Origin: Eledone cirrhosa
Taxonomy: Eukaryota
Direction of reading: 5' to 3'
DNA length: 64,000 nt
Assembly (NCBI GenBank): GCA_964016885.1
Contig: OZ024751.1
Location: forward strand, 39,060,001-39,124,000
A program made the position numbers and the translations under genes. This document shows positions 60,437-64,000 of the stretch, piece after piece. Position 1 is the stretch's first letter; each line of letters begins with the position of its first letter. The notes beneath the pieces were generated by a model. The model made no database searches. It was not told where the DNA came from and saw nothing but the letters and a program-made list of their open reading frames with translations.

Positions 60437-61230
60437 CGTGTGTGTGTCTGTGTGTATGTATGTGTATCGAATTTACAGCTCTGTTCTATTAAAGATTCGC
60501 TCACTATAGTTATTATTTTGTGATCAAGTCTCATAAAGAAATGCGAGAGGGTTACGTATGACTGTGAAACTGTAGACAGCATGTGTGAATATATAAGGGG
60601 GACAACTACAGACAGTTATAAGTAGTCTGGTCAATCTAATAATGGGAATATATAAAGACAGCTGCTGTTATGTATGTTCTGTGTGTTATGTGTTCTTACT
60701 GACTTGTTTCGGTGTCTCCTGGATATTGCACGCTTAGTAGCTGTCCTGAAACTTAAGTGCACTTGTATGTATGTATGTATATATGTAACATGTGCTTACG
60801 CCCTGCTTTAAGTTTCCCTATTTATATATAGATATATATATATATATCTGCCATGGTTATATAGCTCCTAATTGAATGGACGGAAGCATGGGTGGCTTGT
60901 TGCTGTAATGCTAACACATTCGTCCGACAAACCAGAGATGTGAGTTCATGTCCCATGTACGTCAATACTCATCGTTTTTTTCCATTCAGAGGTTTTTTGG
61001 AAATCCCTCCTAACAGACAAACTCTAGTTAGTCAAATACGGCGTAAGCACATATTACTACCTAATTTTCAAATTTGCTAGCCGTTTCTAAACAAGGCCTG
61101 CTTTGTGTCTCCCTATATATGTATATATATAGAGAGAGAGGGTGGGGGGATTATAAGCACATATCAAAAGTTTAACCAAACAGATCTTGCTTTCACCTAA
61201 CTGGGATCATATTTTTTAATGCTTAATATA

Positions 61231-61271
<41 letters not shown>

Positions 61272-61448
61272 CGATATTAACAATGGAAACTATATTTATA
61301 AAACCATATTTATTTCATTATACATATTTCAAGGACAACCAAGTTAAATTATGGTGTGCTTTCATCAGATAAAATATAATATAGAGCAGTTTTATAAATA
61401 AATATTGACATACCCTTAAAGAATGCAACCATTACTGTTGGAAGCTCC

Positions 61449-61479
<31 letters not shown>

Positions 61480-61480
<1 letters not shown>

Positions 61481-61685
61481 ACGAAGGAAATGTGGTAAGG
61501 AACCAGGTGGACCATAACGCACCAAAGTACTCTATACTTAGGGTAGTAGAGTGGGTAATAGGAACGACTAGGACCCCGACGGCTGAGCTCAAGCCGTTTC
61601 GACGGCTAATTCTGGACAGAATTGAGTCCAGAATTAGCCGTCGAAACGGCTTGAGCTCAGCCGTCGGGGTCCTACTCGTTCCTAT
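61480..61685 (-). mobile_element. Family-A hairpin+tail element (best preserved copy)
   Basis: Tail 61480-61557. 60-bp arms at 61558-61617 and 61626-61685 with one mismatch. (TA)n on both sides. Confidence 0.8.
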
Positions 61686-62180
61686 ATATATATATATATA
61701 CAACAATTATCCTGTCTTCTCTAGATTCTGGTACTTGTAATTATTACTACTACTATATATATATATATATATATGTGTGTGTCTGTGTGTGTATAAAAGA
61801 GTGAAAAATAACACTGATCAGCTATACAGTAGGGTTTATTCCAAATATTAACAAATGTTTCATTGATCCGGTGTTTCTAAAAAATCGCTATCTGTAGTGT
61901 TACTATGACAATTGGTTTTAAGTACAGTTATCCCCAGACAAATTGTCAAAATACTCTCTGTCTATATATATATGCAACGCGTGTTTCAGCTTCCCTTAGA
62001 TCCAGACTAGAAAATATGCCTCATACCTATAGGTGTATCAAAGCACCCGGCTTCTCCCTAATGTAGTACTTGGGTAATGCTCAGCCACTTTAATTTCTCC
62101 AGTATGCTCTCCCGTTGATTGAATCACCTATAGCACTCGTAGGACGGAAATGACGCAATTACAACAATATTCAGATACAC

Positions 62181-62181
62181 A

Positions 62182-62217
<36 letters not shown>

Positions 62218-62258
62218 TTTACGTCCGCTTTTCCTGCTTTCAAGGGTGGCGGGTCCTA
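62181..62258 (-). mobile_element. Short RTE-type 3' terminus with (GAT)n tail
   Basis: (atc)n followed by ttttacgtccgcttttcctgctttcaagggtggcggg, the layout of a minus-strand LINE/SINE 3' end. Confidence 0.45.
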
Positions 62259-63029
62259 TTCAGCACAGAATCTCACCACTTGTCACACATAAATACATAT
62301 TCACATACATAAACACATACATACATAAGCACACACATACATACGTACACACATAAAAACACATGCACACACATGCACACACAAATATACACTCATATAT
62401 ATATACATAAACATCCATACACACATATATATATATATATACGCACACATACACATATATATATATACATACACACACATACACACACACGTACTCACAT
62501 ACACACACACATATATAGATACATACATATATAGATACACACACATATATAGATACATACACACACATATACACACACATATACACACATACATATATAC
62601 ACATATATACATCCATACACACATTTACACGCACATACACACACATGCATATACACACACACACACATACACACATATACACACATACACACATATACAT
62701 ACACATATACACACATATGTACATCCATACAACTATCGACAACACAGTTTTACGCAATATTAATATTGATTACATAACATAGCTTTTTCTGTTTATCTTT
62801 TCCCCACTATTTATCAATAATCATGGAAGGTTCTGCTTAAAATTCATGTGAATCTCACAAATTACCTCCAATGCATATTTTATCAGTTTTTTTTTATGAT
62901 TTTATGACGATTTTTTGGTTTTAATATTCCAGGTTTTTTTTCTACACTCTAATAATTTTCTTCACAATTTTTTTCATTTTTTCCTTCTGCTTCATTTCCG
63001 TCATAAGATTCTTTTTTTTTTTTATTATT

Positions 63030-63305
63030 GCTTCTTCCTTCTCCTACTCATTCTCCTTCTTCGCCTTGTCTTCTTCTTCTTTTTCTTTTTCTTCTTCTTC
63101 TTCTTCTTCTTCTTCTTCTTCTCCGTCTTCTTCTTCTTCTTCTTTTCTCCATCTTCTTTTTTTTCTTTTTCTTTTTTTCTTTTTCTTCTTCCTCTTCTTC
63201 TTTTTTTCTTTTTCTTCTTCTTCTTCTTCTTCTTCTTCTTCTTCTTTTCCGTCTTCTTCTTCTTCTTCTCCGTCTTCTTCTTCTTTTTCTCCTTCTTCTT
63301 CTTCA
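63030..63305. repeat. Degenerate (CTT)n tract
   Basis: Read directly. Confidence 0.9.
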
Positions 63306-63418
63306 CCATCATTCTTATAGCTGTAGTTTCCAGTTCATGTAAAACTAATTAGGTTCCAATGAAAGGAAGGTTTCAGTGATACAAATTGGGAGGTTTCTCC
63401 CTCGTCAGCTTTTCATCC

Positions 63419-63493
<75 letters not shown>

Positions 63494-63581
63494 TTATCTA
63501 TCTGTCTTTCTATCTAACTGTCTATATATCTACCCATCTATCTATCTATCTATCTTTTCTCTATCGCTCTCTCTCTCTCTC

Positions 63582-63669
<88 letters not shown>

Positions 63670-64000
63670 AAAATCCGTGTGTGCGTGTGGATTTATTTAT
63701 TTTATATTAACACTCACGCACGTATACACGCTTATATTTGTATGTATGTATTTATATGGAAACCTACAAACCTGGTGTAGCGGTTCCACAGATTGGAAGT
63801 TGTATGTGTCGAAAATAAATTCCTGTTCTTTATTCTGTATCTATATATATAGCAATATATACCAATAAATAATTATAAATAACTATATATAACTATGTTT
63901 ATATTTTGGTCTATCGAAAAACTCATATCTCTTTTTCTCTCCTTGAATAATTTCCAAGATTCCTTTGGAAAAGTATCGTGAATTTCTCAAAGCATCCAAA

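Overview
Very AT-rich eukaryotic DNA dominated by microsatellites: (TA)n, (CA)n, (GA)n, (TACA)n, (GATA)n and trinucleotide tracts. The repeat landscape and SINE families resemble an octopus or other coleoid cephalopod genome (inference). Almost all ORFs in the supplied track are microsatellite translations and no intact host gene is evident. Supported content: about 13 recognisable copies or fragments of one ~190-bp tRNA-headed SINE, many with clear TSDs; a second, older tRNA-SINE; 3' fragments of a Tx1/L1 LINE and an R4/Dong-like LINE; three copies of a ~455-bp non-autonomous RTE-type element in (ATGT)n; a hAT end; and several tandem repeats. The most interesting signal is a set of short 'hairpin + single-copy tail' elements inserted in (TA)n that carry type-I hammerhead ribozyme (HHR) cores. 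They include a near-canonical HHR whose stem III is a (UA)n microsatellite (53764-53827, minus), head-to-head HHR pairs (55201-55367, 40057-40204), a decayed solo HHR (41377-41434), and a 4-copy family of fold-backs that keep only the GAAA-stem III-GUC half of the ribozyme on both strands. I interpret these as termini of Penelope-like elements with inverted pseudo-LTRs. All structures were read by eye; no folding or database search was run.
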